This document shows positions 28,509-37,929 of a stretch of DNA of 64,000 bases, in pieces. Every line of letters starts with the position of its first letter. The stretch's first letter is position 1. The stretch comes from Planctomycetota bacterium (GTDB lineage: Bacteria > Planctomycetota > B15-G4 > SIAN01): contig JANNXA010000016.1 in NCBI GenBank assembly GCA_031409275.1, positions 1 through 64,000 of the forward strand. Direction: 5' to 3'. The notes beneath the pieces were generated by a model. The model saw only the letters and a program-made list of their open reading frames with translations, was not told where the DNA came from and did not search any database. Both the position numbers and the translations under genes were made by a program.

Positions 28509-29269
28509 GGCAGGCGGACCTCATGCAAAGGGGCATGTTCGCAGGGGGCACCGGGCTGGTAGAGCATGGCAATCCGATCGGCGGTCACCTCGACCGCGGT
28601 CAAGCTGACGCTGCTCACCAGGGGCCGGTGCAGGCAGAACGACGCCAACTCGCCGTCGTTTCGAGCGCCCACGTGGCTGCGATGCAGCTCCATCAGGTCG
28701 GCGAGTTGGACGTCTTCGCGGCTCGCAGGTTCCCCGCCGCGCCGTTCCAGCCAGCGATCGAACTGCTCGCGCCGCGCCTGCGCAACGCCGCGCGGATCGA
28801 AGCCATTCGAGGTCACGATCCAGGGCGGCACCGCGACGTCGACGCGCAGCTCGCGCCCATCGAAGCGCCAATGGGTCACGGCGCCGCCGGCCGGTTCGAC
28901 GGCGATCAGCTGGAACGGTCGCACGCGCAACGAGCCCGCCGCGGCTCGATCCGCCAGCTCCTGGCCCAGCGCCGCGCGATCGGGGCATCCCACCAGGTCG
29001 AGCAGCAGCTCGCCGCGGCTGCGCAGTCGCGGCGACTCCTCGAATCCGGGCGCCTGCTCATCACCGTTCAGCAGGCAGAGCGTCCGCCCGGTGGCGTCGA
29101 CGGCGATCCAGCTCCCGCCGGCGTCCGCATCGCGTGGCGCCAGGAAGCGGCGACCGGCGGCGGCACCGAGTTGCGGCGGTGAGCCGACGCCTCGCGTGCG
29201 CCGCTCGTCGCGGGTCATCACGAGGGAGTAGCCACGACCGGATCGGACCAGAAGGCTCAGCGTGCACAT
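28499..29269 (-). CDS. NRDE/TANGO2 family protein
   Basis: MCT start, TRDE (NRDE-equivalent), PRDADAGGSWI, LLNG, SRG, TSNG. Confidence 0.88.
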   Translation of the reverse strand: MCTLSLLVRSGRGYSLVMTRDERRTRGVGSPPQLGAAAGRRFLAPRDADAGGSWIAVDATGRTLCLLNGDEQAPGFEESPRLRSRGELLLDLVGCPDRAALGQELADRAAAGSLRVRPFQLIAVEPAGGAVTHWRFDGRELRVDVAVPPWIVTSNGFDPRGVAQARREQFDRWLERRGGEPASREDVQLADLMELHRSHVGARNDGELASFCLHRPLVSSVSLTAVEVTADRIAMLYQPGAPCEHAPLHEVRLPCS

Positions 29270-29507
29270 GCGGACCGCTCGACGGAAAGCGAGGGCGCGA
29301 AGGGGCGGTGCGGCGACTGCGCGTTGATCGCAATGCTGAACTCGCCAGGACGGCCGCTCGGGTGGAGCTGGCCCGTTCTACCGATTGCCATCGCAGCGCT
29401 GCCGATCCGCGCCGCGAAGGCCATCGCGAAGCGGCGTTCGTCGACGACGTGCGGCGCCTCGCTCCTTCGCATCGCCTCGGCGCAGCGGCTAACGTTCCGC
29501 CCCCACG

Positions 29508-32039
29508 ATGAGCGTACGCCCGCTGACCGATCCTGCGACGTCGGGCCCGAATCGCCTCCACGGGTGGATCCGGGCCCTCTTCTTTGCTTCCGGTGCGGCC
29601 GCACTCGCGCAGGAAGTCCTGTGGATGCGGCGCTTCACCGAACTGCTCGGCGCGACGGCCCCCGCGACCGCAGCAACGCTCTCGGGCGTCTTCCTCGGCC
29701 TCGCGCTCGGCGGTTTCCTCGCCGCCCGCTTCGCGCAGCGCGTGCAACGTCCATTGCGCGTCTACGGACTGCTCGAGCTCGGCGCGGCGCTGGGCGGCTC
29801 GCTCGTCCTGCCGCTCCTGCACGGTGGCGCGGCGCTGCTGCCGACGATTCGCGGCGCGTTCGTCGATGCCCCGGCGGTGGCTCGCTGTCTCGAGACGTTG
29901 CTGGCGGCGCTGACGGTCCTGATTCCGACCGCCTGCATGGGCGCGACGCTGCCAGTGGTCGCACCGCTGCTGGGTACCGGGGGCGGACGCACGCTCTACG
30001 CGTGGAACCTCTTCGGCGCACTGACCGGCGCGCTCGCGATCCCGTACCTGCTGCTGCCCCGCCTGGGGATGACGGCCAGCTACCTCGTGGTCGTCGCTCT
30101 CGGCGCGCTCGCCGGCGGTGCAGCGTTGCTCCTGTCGCGCCGCAGCGAACGCCTCGCGATGGATCACGGAAGCGCCATCCCGAGCTCCACGCACGACTCC
30201 ACCGCTGACTCGGACGCGGACGCGCTGCCGGGACGCACCCTCGGCTGCGTCTCCGGCGCGATCCTGCTCGGCCTCGAAACGGCCTACACGCGCCTGTTCG
30301 CGCAGATCCACGAGAGTTCGCTGCACGCCTTCGCTGCGGTGATCGCCGCCTTCCTGCTGGCTCTCGCGCTCGGTTCGCTGCTGGCGCAGCTCCTCGCGCG
30401 ACTGCGCCTCGATCGCGGCGTCGCGCTCGCTCTCACGTGGCTTGCGGCCGGCGGCGCGCTGGCCGCGGTGCCGCAGCTCTTCCATCGCGCCACCTCCGGG
30501 CTCGAGCCGCTGCGCGGCAGCGCGGACGAACGGTTCACCACGCTGTTGCTGCTCGCGGGGGTGCTGCTCGTGCCACCGATCGCGCTGGCAGGCGCTGGCC
30601 TGCCGCTGCTGCTCGGACCGTTGCGCCGCGCGCCCGATGGCGCCCGCCTCGGCTCCATCCTCGGCTGGAACACCCTGGGCTCGCTGGCGGGACCGCTGGT
30701 CGTGACCTTCGGCCTCTTTCCGACCGTCGGGATGTTTCGCACCTTCGAGGTCGCCGCGGCAGTGCTGGTGATCGTCGGCGCGATCGTCGCCATTCGCCGC
30801 GTCGCCCCGCGGCAACGGCTCCTCGCCCGCCTGTTGCCGCTGCTGCTGCTGGTGGCGATCGGCGGATTCGCGTCACGCCCCCCGCTGCGAGTCCACCTCG
30901 ACCAGAAGGCCGGCGAACAGCTGGTGGCGCTGATCGAAGGGCCGCTTTGCATCGCGGCGACCATCGCCCATCCGCTCGGATCGGGGCCGGGCACCTCGTC
31001 GAGCCTGAAGGTCGACAACCACTACACGCTCGGCGGCACCGGCGCGACCGGCGATCTGCGCCAGCTCGGCCACCTGCCGCTGCTGCTGCACCCGCGACCG
31101 CGCCGCATCGCGTTCCTCGGGCTCGGCACCGCGATCACCGCGGGCGCCTCCGTGCTCCATCCGGTGACGTCGATCGACGCGGTCGAACTGCTGCCCGAGG
31201 CGATCACGTTGGCGCGCCGCGACTTCGCCGGCGCCAACCTCGGCGTGCTGGACGATCCGCGCACGCGCGTCCACGTCGACGACGCGCGCACCTTCCTGCG
31301 CCAGCGACCCGGCGCCTTCGACGTGGTGGTCGGCGACCTCGTGGTGCCGTGGCGCGCGGGAGAGTCGGCGCTCTACACGCGCGAGCACTTCGAGCAAGCG
31401 CGCGCATCGCTGGCTGACGGCGGCCTCTACTGCCAGTGGATCCCCGCCTATCAGTTGCGGTCGGCGCAGCTCGACGCGGTGATCGCGACGTTCCTCGACG
31501 TCTTCCCGCGTGCGACGCTGTGGCGCGGCGACTTCATCGCGGCGCTGCCCACGCTGGGACTCATCGGCCACACCGCCGACCTCGACCCCACGGCGATCGC
31601 CGCCCGGGTCGCGGAGCTGGTCCCGAAGCTCGATGCGACGAGCCCCTACCTCATGCATCCTGCGGGCGTGTGGCTCGACTGCATCGGAGCACTTGATCCG
31701 CAGACGCCGCGTTGGCGTGACGCGCGCCGCCACACGGGCGACTCTCCATGGCTCGAGCTTGCCGGACCGGAACGGAGCGGCGGCAAGGACGCGGTGACGC
31801 TGGTCAGCCACGGGCTCGATTCGTTGCTGGAGCAGGTGAGCGCGGCGCCGCTCGCCCACACTCCGCTGGCGGCGCTCACCGGAACCGAGCTCGCCTGGCG
31901 CAAGGCGGGCACGGAACTCTGGCGCGCCTCGACGTGGGTCCTCGATGGTCAGGGTGCAGCCGCGCGCGTGCTGGCAATCGAGACCTTGGAGTCGCTGCCC
32001 GCCCCGCTGCGCAATGCGGTGCTGCACCCAGGTCGTTAG
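29508..32039 (+). CDS. Fused membrane (MFS-like) / spermidine-synthase-like SAM-dependent protein
   Basis: FFASGAAALAQEVLWMR, MGATLP, LYAWN.FGA, LGLGTAIT, DAVEL, DDAR.FL, FDVVVGD, LYTREHF. Confidence 0.88.
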   Translation: MSVRPLTDPATSGPNRLHGWIRALFFASGAAALAQEVLWMRRFTELLGATAPATAATLSGVFLGLALGGFLAARFAQRVQRPLRVYGLLELGAALGGSLVLPLLHGGAALLPTIRGAFVDAPAVARCLETLLAALTVLIPTACMGATLPVVAPLLGTGGGRTLYAWNLFGALTGALAIPYLLLPRLGMTASYLVVVALGALAGGAALLLSRRSERLAMDHGSAIPSSTHDSTADSDADALPGRTLGCVSGAILLGLETAYTRLFAQIHESSLHAFAAVIAAFLLALALGSLLAQLLARLRLDRGVALALTWLAAGGALAAVPQLFHRATSGLEPLRGSADERFTTLLLLAGVLLVPPIALAGAGLPLLLGPLRRAPDGARLGSILGWNTLGSLAGPLVVTFGLFPTVGMFRTFEVAAAVLVIVGAIVAIRRVAPRQRLLARLLPLLLLVAIGGFASRPPLRVHLDQKAGEQLVALIEGPLCIAATIAHPLGSGPGTSSSLKVDNHYTLGGTGATGDLRQLGHLPLLLHPRPRRIAFLGLGTAITAGASVLHPVTSIDAVELLPEAITLARRDFAGANLGVLDDPRTRVHVDDARTFLRQRPGAFDVVVGDLVVPWRAGESALYTREHFEQARASLADGGLYCQWIPAYQLRSAQLDAVIATFLDVFPRATLWRGDFIAALPTLGLIGHTADLDPTAIAARVAELVPKLDATSPYLMHPAGVWLDCIGALDPQTPRWRDARRHTGDSPWLELAGPERSGGKDAVTLVSHGLDSLLEQVSAAPLAHTPLAALTGTELAWRKAGTELWRASTWVLDGQGAAARVLAIETLESLPAPLRNAVLHPGR

Positions 32040-32048
32040 CGCGCGACG

Positions 32049-33239
32049 CTATTCCGCGTCGAACAGCGCGATCGACGCCGTGAAGCCGTGCAGGAAGTTG
32101 CGGCCGCCGATGGGACCGATCTCGCCGGCGCAGAAGAAGCCGGCCGCTGGCATCGGCCCGGCGTGCCGCTGCAAGGCGCCAGCATCGTGGTCGGGCGCCT
32201 CGAAGAAGCGCGCGCCGCGTCCGTTGCAGGTGAAGAGCAGCGCGCCGCCGGGCGCCCCATCCTTGCGCGCCGCCTCCAACAGGTGGCGCAGGTCCTCGTC
32301 CGCCGACTCGGCATCGCGCACGTGGAAGCGGATGGTCCGGCCGCGGCGCGCATGGTCGCCGATGTGCATCACGCCGCTCTTGGGGTCGATGCCCATGACG
32401 TTGCGCACCAGGAAATCGCCGCGCTCGGGTTGGCTCAGCACCTCGTCGATCACCTGGCCGACGTGCAACCCGCCGCCGCGCAGCGCCTTGGTCAGCAGCA
32501 CCTTCTCGGCGGGCTCCGCCTCCTCGAAGAGGTTCTTCAGCTGCTCGAGCGGCGGCTTGCCGGCCAACTCCTCGACGACGTTCTCCTTCGCCTTGGTGAT
32601 CACCATCGAGCGGCCGATCGGCTTGCAGCCCTGCGACACGACGTGGCGCACGGAGATGCCGCGCAGCAGCACGCCGACGGCTCCCGCGCGCAGGCACTCG
32701 TCATCGAGGAAGAGCGCGTTCACGCCGGGGCCCTGGCCGCCGCTCGCCATCCCGCCGAGCACCTTCAACAGCGGCAGACCTTGATTCACCTGCTGCAGGA
32801 AGAGGTCGGCGGGGAACGAGTAGGGCTCGCCGAGCAGCACCATCGAGACGCGCGCGTCCTGGCCGGGAACCACGCTGCCCACGCCGGGGAAGCCGCGCAC
32901 GTGCAGGGTGTCGCCGTCCTCCTCGACCGCGAGATCGAACGGCTCGACTTCGCCTTCCGGGAACGCGGCGACCCACAACGAGACGCACGGCCCCTGCTCG
33001 ACCTCACGGCCGTTGCCGATGATCGAGTCGCCGCTGCAGCCGATCAGGTGGTCGGCACCGAGCCGAGTGCGGACCAGTCGAGCCACGCGCTCGAACCCGT
33101 CCGAATGGTCATGCGACACGAAGAGCACGGCGAGGCTCGGGCGCTCGCCCGCAAGCGGAACGATGGCGGCGGCGCACACCTGCTCGACGGCGGCATCGAG
33201 GTCGGCATCGGTCGAGACGGCGGCACCGAAACGGTTCAT
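32049..33239 (-). CDS. FIST domain-containing protein
   Basis: LIGCSG, GGMASG, VSQGCKPIG, FHVRDA..A..DL, LLFTCNGRG, GFFCAGEIGP...HGFT. Confidence 0.92.
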   Translation of the reverse strand: MNRFGAAVSTDADLDAAVEQVCAAAIVPLAGERPSLAVLFVSHDHSDGFERVARLVRTRLGADHLIGCSGDSIIGNGREVEQGPCVSLWVAAFPEGEVEPFDLAVEEDGDTLHVRGFPGVGSVVPGQDARVSMVLLGEPYSFPADLFLQQVNQGLPLLKVLGGMASGGQGPGVNALFLDDECLRAGAVGVLLRGISVRHVVSQGCKPIGRSMVITKAKENVVEELAGKPPLEQLKNLFEEAEPAEKVLLTKALRGGGLHVGQVIDEVLSQPERGDFLVRNVMGIDPKSGVMHIGDHARRGRTIRFHVRDAESADEDLRHLLEAARKDGAPGGALLFTCNGRGARFFEAPDHDAGALQRHAGPMPAAGFFCAGEIGPIGGRNFLHGFTASIALFDAE

Positions 33240-33276
33240 GGACGCTCTCGCCAGGAAGGTGGAAGCGGCGCAGCGT

Positions 33277-33328
33277 AATCGAAACGACGGCGGCGACGGA
33301 CGCCCGAAGGTCGCCGTCGCCGCCGTCG
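33277..33328 (-). terminator. Probable intrinsic terminator after the peroxidase gene
   Basis: Perfect 15-bp stem CGACGGCGGCGACGG (33285-33299) / CCGTCGCCGCCGTCG (33314-33328), followed by TTTCGATT on the minus strand. Confidence 0.6.
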
Positions 33329-33350
33329 CGCTACCGGATCGGGGTCCCGC

Positions 33351-35000
33351 TCAGAACAGGTCGAACTCGATCCCCGCGCTGGTGGCGAAGCCGCCGACGG
33401 CCAGCCCGTCCTCGATGAACCACTCGGCGAAGAGCTCGAGGCCGATCAGCGTCGGATCGTCGGGCAGCTCGCCGACGAAGCTGGCGTAGCCGTTGCCGGC
33501 GCCGCTGCTGGCGGTGAGGAAGGTGCCGACGTAGGCGATCTGCGCGAGGTCGATGTTCACCGGGATGCCCTTCCACGTCGTGCCGGGCGGCGCCGCGGCG
33601 AACGCGAGGATCGCCAACGCGAGCCGATTGCCGCGCGCCTCGAAGACACCGAACTTGAAGTCCCAGTTGCCGACGTTGGGCGGCGTCACCGCGATCGCAC
33701 GCGGCTCGAAGCCGCCGGCGCCGCGCGTTCCGCGGCCATAGAGGCTCGGGTTGTTGAGGTTGCGCTCGGTGTAGAGCTGCGGACGGTCGAAGGGCGCCCG
33801 CTCCTGCGCGACCCGGCTGTCGGTGAGGCCGTTGACGACGAAATCGACGAGGTCGTCATGCTCGCGGCGCGTCAGGTTGAGCGGCACGATCGCGGCGTCG
33901 CGATTGTCGGCGAAGTCGCCGCCGCGGTTGTAGAAGTCGACCACCTGGTGCAGGTCGACGAATTGTCCCGTGTGCGTGAAGCGGCGGCGGATGCCGGCGT
34001 TGCGCAGGCTCGGCACCTTCATCTTCCCGCGGTCGCCGAAGTTGCCGGTGACCGTCTGCCGGCCCGGATCGGTCGCCGGATCGCGCAGCCCGATGTTGCG
34101 GAAGGTGTGATCGGAGAAATGGCCGAGCGCATGGCACTTCACGCAGCCCGCCTTGCCGGTGAAGACGTTCAGTCCATTCTGCTGGCGTGACGTCAGCGCG
34201 TTGCTGTTGCCGGCGTTGAAGTCATCCCACGGCGTCTGGTCCGGGATGATCGAGCGCTGATACGTGGCCAGTGCATACGCGATGCGCTCGGCGGTGATGG
34301 CCGGGTCGCCAAACGCCGTGTCGAAGAGGTCGGCATAGGTCGGATCGACGCTCAACGCCGCGACCACGTCGGCCGGCAGGTTGGCCGCGAGCGCCAACGG
34401 ATCGGAGAGCGAGAGCTTGGTCGCGACCTCGGTCCAGTCGCGCGCCGCATGTCCCATCTCGACCGACGAGACGATCGGCGCGACCGCCTGGCTTTCGAGC
34501 GCACCGCCACTGGCGATGGAGACGAGTCCGGTCTGCGGATCGATGAAGGTCGAGGCCGCGCGCCCGTCCCAGAAGTTCTCGGCGGCGAACGCGGCCATCA
34601 GGAACGACGGCGAGTTGCGCGGCGTCGCCTGCGCGAGGAAGCCGTGGATCGGATCGGGCTCGTACTGGTTGAACGCATCCGAACGGATGACGCCCGGCGA
34701 GCCGAACAGGTCATCGGGCGACGGCCGGATCCCATCGGGTCCGGGATTGGCGATGAAGCGCAGATCGGCGCCGCCTTGCGCCGGCCGATGGCACGTGCCG
34801 CACGCCACCGTGTTGTCGCTCGACAGCTGCTCGTCCCAGAAGAGGATCTTGCCCAGCACCGCTTTCTCCGGCGTCACCGGGTTCTCGGGCGGCGCGGTGG
34901 GCGGAGGAATCTGGGCCGACGCGTGGCGAGCCGCGAAGACGACGGCAGCCGACGCGGCGACACGGCCGAGGCAACGAGCAGCGAGCGGGGCTCGAATCAT
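33351..35000 (-). CDS. Secreted di-haem cytochrome c peroxidase (CcP/MauG family) with extra C-terminal domain
   Basis: Signal peptide; LGKILFWD..LS, CGTCH, FWDGRA, CVKCH, KVPSLRN; SD GGAGGT before ATG 35000. Confidence 0.92.
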   Translation of the reverse strand: MIRAPLAARCLGRVAASAAVVFAARHASAQIPPPTAPPENPVTPEKAVLGKILFWDEQLSSDNTVACGTCHRPAQGGADLRFIANPGPDGIRPSPDDLFGSPGVIRSDAFNQYEPDPIHGFLAQATPRNSPSFLMAAFAAENFWDGRAASTFIDPQTGLVSIASGGALESQAVAPIVSSVEMGHAARDWTEVATKLSLSDPLALAANLPADVVAALSVDPTYADLFDTAFGDPAITAERIAYALATYQRSIIPDQTPWDDFNAGNSNALTSRQQNGLNVFTGKAGCVKCHALGHFSDHTFRNIGLRDPATDPGRQTVTGNFGDRGKMKVPSLRNAGIRRRFTHTGQFVDLHQVVDFYNRGGDFADNRDAAIVPLNLTRREHDDLVDFVVNGLTDSRVAQERAPFDRPQLYTERNLNNPSLYGRGTRGAGGFEPRAIAVTPPNVGNWDFKFGVFEARGNRLALAILAFAAAPPGTTWKGIPVNIDLAQIAYVGTFLTASSGAGNGYASFVGELPDDPTLIGLELFAEWFIEDGLAVGGFATSAGIEFDLF

Positions 35001-35213
35001 GGCGGGACCTCCCATCGGGATGCCGCAGCGCGAAGCGGCTGCGAACGGGGCGTCAACCCGGACGGCGACGGGAGGTTTCGAGGAAACCTCGCGACGCTTC
35101 CAGCGCGTCCCATTGCACTCCCCGAACGACCGCTTTCCGTACGCCGCCTCGCCGAATCGTGCGCCACCGCTCGCTGCGACGAGCCGCGGCGACGACTCTC
35201 GGCGACGACTCGA

Positions 35214-36263
35214 TCAGTTGCCCGCGGGTGCCTCGGCCGGCACGACGACGTTCGCGGCGCAGTTCTCCGAGAAGCCGGCGTGCACGAAGGCGAGCGACTC
35301 GACTAGCGCCTTCTGGATCGTGCCGCCGCCCCAGCTGTGCTCGCCCTTCTGGATGAGGCGGAACGTGTGGTCGAGCTTCTGCTCGGTCAGCACCTTGTCG
35401 AGTTCCTGATTGGTCGGGCCGAAGCCGTAGCGATCGGCCGTGCCGGCGTCGAAATAGAGGCGCAGCCCTTTCAAGTCGCCGACGGTGCGAGCGATCGACG
35501 TCGGGTTGATCTTGGCGAACTTCTCCGGCTCGATCGGGCTGCCGAGCAGGAGGTTCCAGCCCAGCGACTCGCCGAAGCGCTCGACGGTGGCGCGGTGCTG
35601 CGGCGGCAGCTTCGCGAGGTCTTCGGGGAAGGTCGCCGCCGAGTGCGTGGCCACGGTGCCGAAGAGCTCGGGCGCGATGAGGCCGTAACGCAGCGCGGCC
35701 ATTCCGCCGAGGCTCACCCCCATCAGCACATGGTCGCGCCGTTCGGGCGAGATGCGGTAGTTCGCCATCGCCCAACCGACGACGTCCTTGGTCACGAGGT
35801 CGAAGAGGTTGCCCTCGACTTCACCGTTCGCGTAGAGCGTGCGCGAGGGCGCCGCCACCGCGATCACGATGCAGCGCGCGAGCTTTCCGCTCGCCACCAC
35901 GTCGTCGAGCACCTTGGCGCCGCCGAAGTGGAACGACTGATCGTCCTCGTTCATGCCGTGCAGCCACAGGATCAGCGGGTAGCGGTCGTCGGCATTCACC
36001 GGATCGGCGTAGTCGAAGGGCAGATAGACGCCGCAGCGCTCCTTGCCCGACGTGAGGTTCTTCGTCTCGAACTCGACGCGCTCATAGGTGAACTGCGTGA
36101 GCTCGACGGTCGCGGGGTCGCGCTCGCGGCCGCCAAAGCGTCCGCCGAAACGTCCACCGCCGCGACCCGGCCCGCCAGGAGGCCCGCCCCCGGGCTGTCC
36201 CTGCGCAAGGGCATCGCTGGCGCCAGCGGCGAGCAACGCCGCGAGGAGGACTGCAAGTCGCAT
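35214..36263 (-). CDS. Secreted alpha/beta-hydrolase (putative esterase)
   Basis: Signal peptide; VYLP..Y, YPLILWLHG, GVSLGG, DAGTAD, GEHSW. Confidence 0.9.
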   Translation of the reverse strand: MRLAVLLAALLAAGASDALAQGQPGGGPPGGPGRGGGRFGGRFGGRERDPATVELTQFTYERVEFETKNLTSGKERCGVYLPFDYADPVNADDRYPLILWLHGMNEDDQSFHFGGAKVLDDVVASGKLARCIVIAVAAPSRTLYANGEVEGNLFDLVTKDVVGWAMANYRISPERRDHVLMGVSLGGMAALRYGLIAPELFGTVATHSAATFPEDLAKLPPQHRATVERFGESLGWNLLLGSPIEPEKFAKINPTSIARTVGDLKGLRLYFDAGTADRYGFGPTNQELDKVLTEQKLDHTFRLIQKGEHSWGGGTIQKALVESLAFVHAGFSENCAANVVVPAEAPAGN

Positions 36264-36414
36264 CACCGGCTCCTGATCGTCGAGAACGCGCGCGGCGCCG
36301 CCGCGGGCGAAGGGCGCGACCTTATCGAGGCGGCGCCGAAGCGACAGCTCCGACCTGCGCCCCGCGCGCGCAAGATGGGGCCGCCGCCCCTCCCACGCGC
36401 CTCTCGGAGCCACC

Positions 36415-37875
36415 ATGCTCGCGCCGCTCTTTCCGCTCGCCCTGCTGACGCAGATTGCGCCTGCCGACACGATGCGGCCGGTCGAGCCGCCGACCGTGCG
36501 CCTCTTCCTGCTCGCCGGACAGTCGAACATGGAGGGGCACGCCGTCGCCGATCTCGACAATCCGCGCGACTACAACGGCGGACGCGGCAACCTGGTCCAA
36601 CTGCTCGCCGATCCGCAGCTCGAGCCACGTTTCCGCCAGTTGCGCGCGGCCGACGGCACCTGGGCCGTCCGCGACGACGTGCTGGTCTCCTACAAGACCG
36701 ACGCCGAACAGAAGGCCGGCCCGCTCTCGCTCGGCTTCGCGGTCTACTCCGATCGCCATCACTTCGGCCCTGAACTCGGCATCGGCCACGTGCTCGGCGA
36801 TCGCTTCGACGAGCCGATCGTGCTGATCAAGACGTGCTGGGGCGGCAAGAGCCTCGCCAAGGAGTTCCGCCCGCCCAGCGCGGGCGGCGCCGTCGGCCCA
36901 TGCTGGACGCAGATGCTGACCGAGTACCGCGCGGCCGTCGCGACGCTGGCGACGACCTTTCCGCAGCTGGCGAACCACGCGCCACGACTCGACGGATTCG
37001 TCTGGTTCCAGGGGTGGAACGATGGCTGCGACGATGCGGCCGCCGCCGAGTACGAGGAGAACCTGGTCCACTTCATCGGCGATCTGCGAAACGAGCTCCG
37101 CGACCCGCAACTGCCGTTCGTGGTCGGCGAGACGGGGAACATGGACAACGCGGTGTTGCGCGGCGCGCAGCAGAAGGCGTGCAGTCGCGCGGAGGTCGGC
37201 GGCGCCGCCCGCTTCGTCCCCACCGCGGCGTTCCTGCGCCGACCCGAGGATTCACCGAACACCGGCCACGGCCACCACTGGTTCGGCAATGCGGAGAGCT
37301 ACCTGCGAATCGGCGACGCGTTGGGTCGCGCGATGGTGGAACTGCTGGAGGAGCGCGCGATGGGAGCGGCGTCACGACTGCTGACCGAGTTCGACGAGGC
37401 CGATGTCGCCGCGCAGTGGATCACCGTCAACGACGGCGTGATGGGCGGCAAGTCGAGCGGCGGCCCGAGCTTCGCCGACGGCCGGCTCCTCTTCGCCGGC
37501 AGCACCAACACCGATGGCGGCGGCTTCTCCTCCATCCGCTCGACCCCGCGCGCGCTCGACCTCGCGGCCTTCGCCGGGATCGCCGTGCGCGTCCGCGGCG
37601 ACGGACGCACCTACAAGCTCGAGCTGCGCATGGCGGGGACCCGAGGGGCGCGCGACATCGCCTACCGCGCCGACTTCAAGACCACGGCCGGCGAATGGTG
37701 CGAGGCGCGGGTTCCCTTCGCCTCGATGAAGCCGACGTGGCGCGGCGAGGACCTCGAAGGGCGCGTGCCGGCGCTCGATCCGGCGCAGATCAGCGCGCTG
37801 GGGCTGATGATCTACGACGGCAAGGACGGCCCCTTCCGCCTCGAGGTCGAGCGCATCAGCGCCTACGCGAAGTGA
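36415..37875 (+). CDS. Sialate O-acetylesterase-like (SGNH/SASA) domain fused to a CIA30-family domain
   Basis: LAGQSNMEG, FGPELG, WGGKSL, WFQGWND; then W..VNDGVMGGKS, GGGFSSIR, VRGDGRTY, GPFRLEV. Confidence 0.88.
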   Translation: MLAPLFPLALLTQIAPADTMRPVEPPTVRLFLLAGQSNMEGHAVADLDNPRDYNGGRGNLVQLLADPQLEPRFRQLRAADGTWAVRDDVLVSYKTDAEQKAGPLSLGFAVYSDRHHFGPELGIGHVLGDRFDEPIVLIKTCWGGKSLAKEFRPPSAGGAVGPCWTQMLTEYRAAVATLATTFPQLANHAPRLDGFVWFQGWNDGCDDAAAAEYEENLVHFIGDLRNELRDPQLPFVVGETGNMDNAVLRGAQQKACSRAEVGGAARFVPTAAFLRRPEDSPNTGHGHHWFGNAESYLRIGDALGRAMVELLEERAMGAASRLLTEFDEADVAAQWITVNDGVMGGKSSGGPSFADGRLLFAGSTNTDGGGFSSIRSTPRALDLAAFAGIAVRVRGDGRTYKLELRMAGTRGARDIAYRADFKTTAGEWCEARVPFASMKPTWRGEDLEGRVPALDPAQISALGLMIYDGKDGPFRLEVERISAYAK

Positions 37876-37929
37876 GCGCGAAGCGCCGCGATCACCGCTT
37901 CCAGCGAAAGGCGTGGCGAAACTTGCGGA

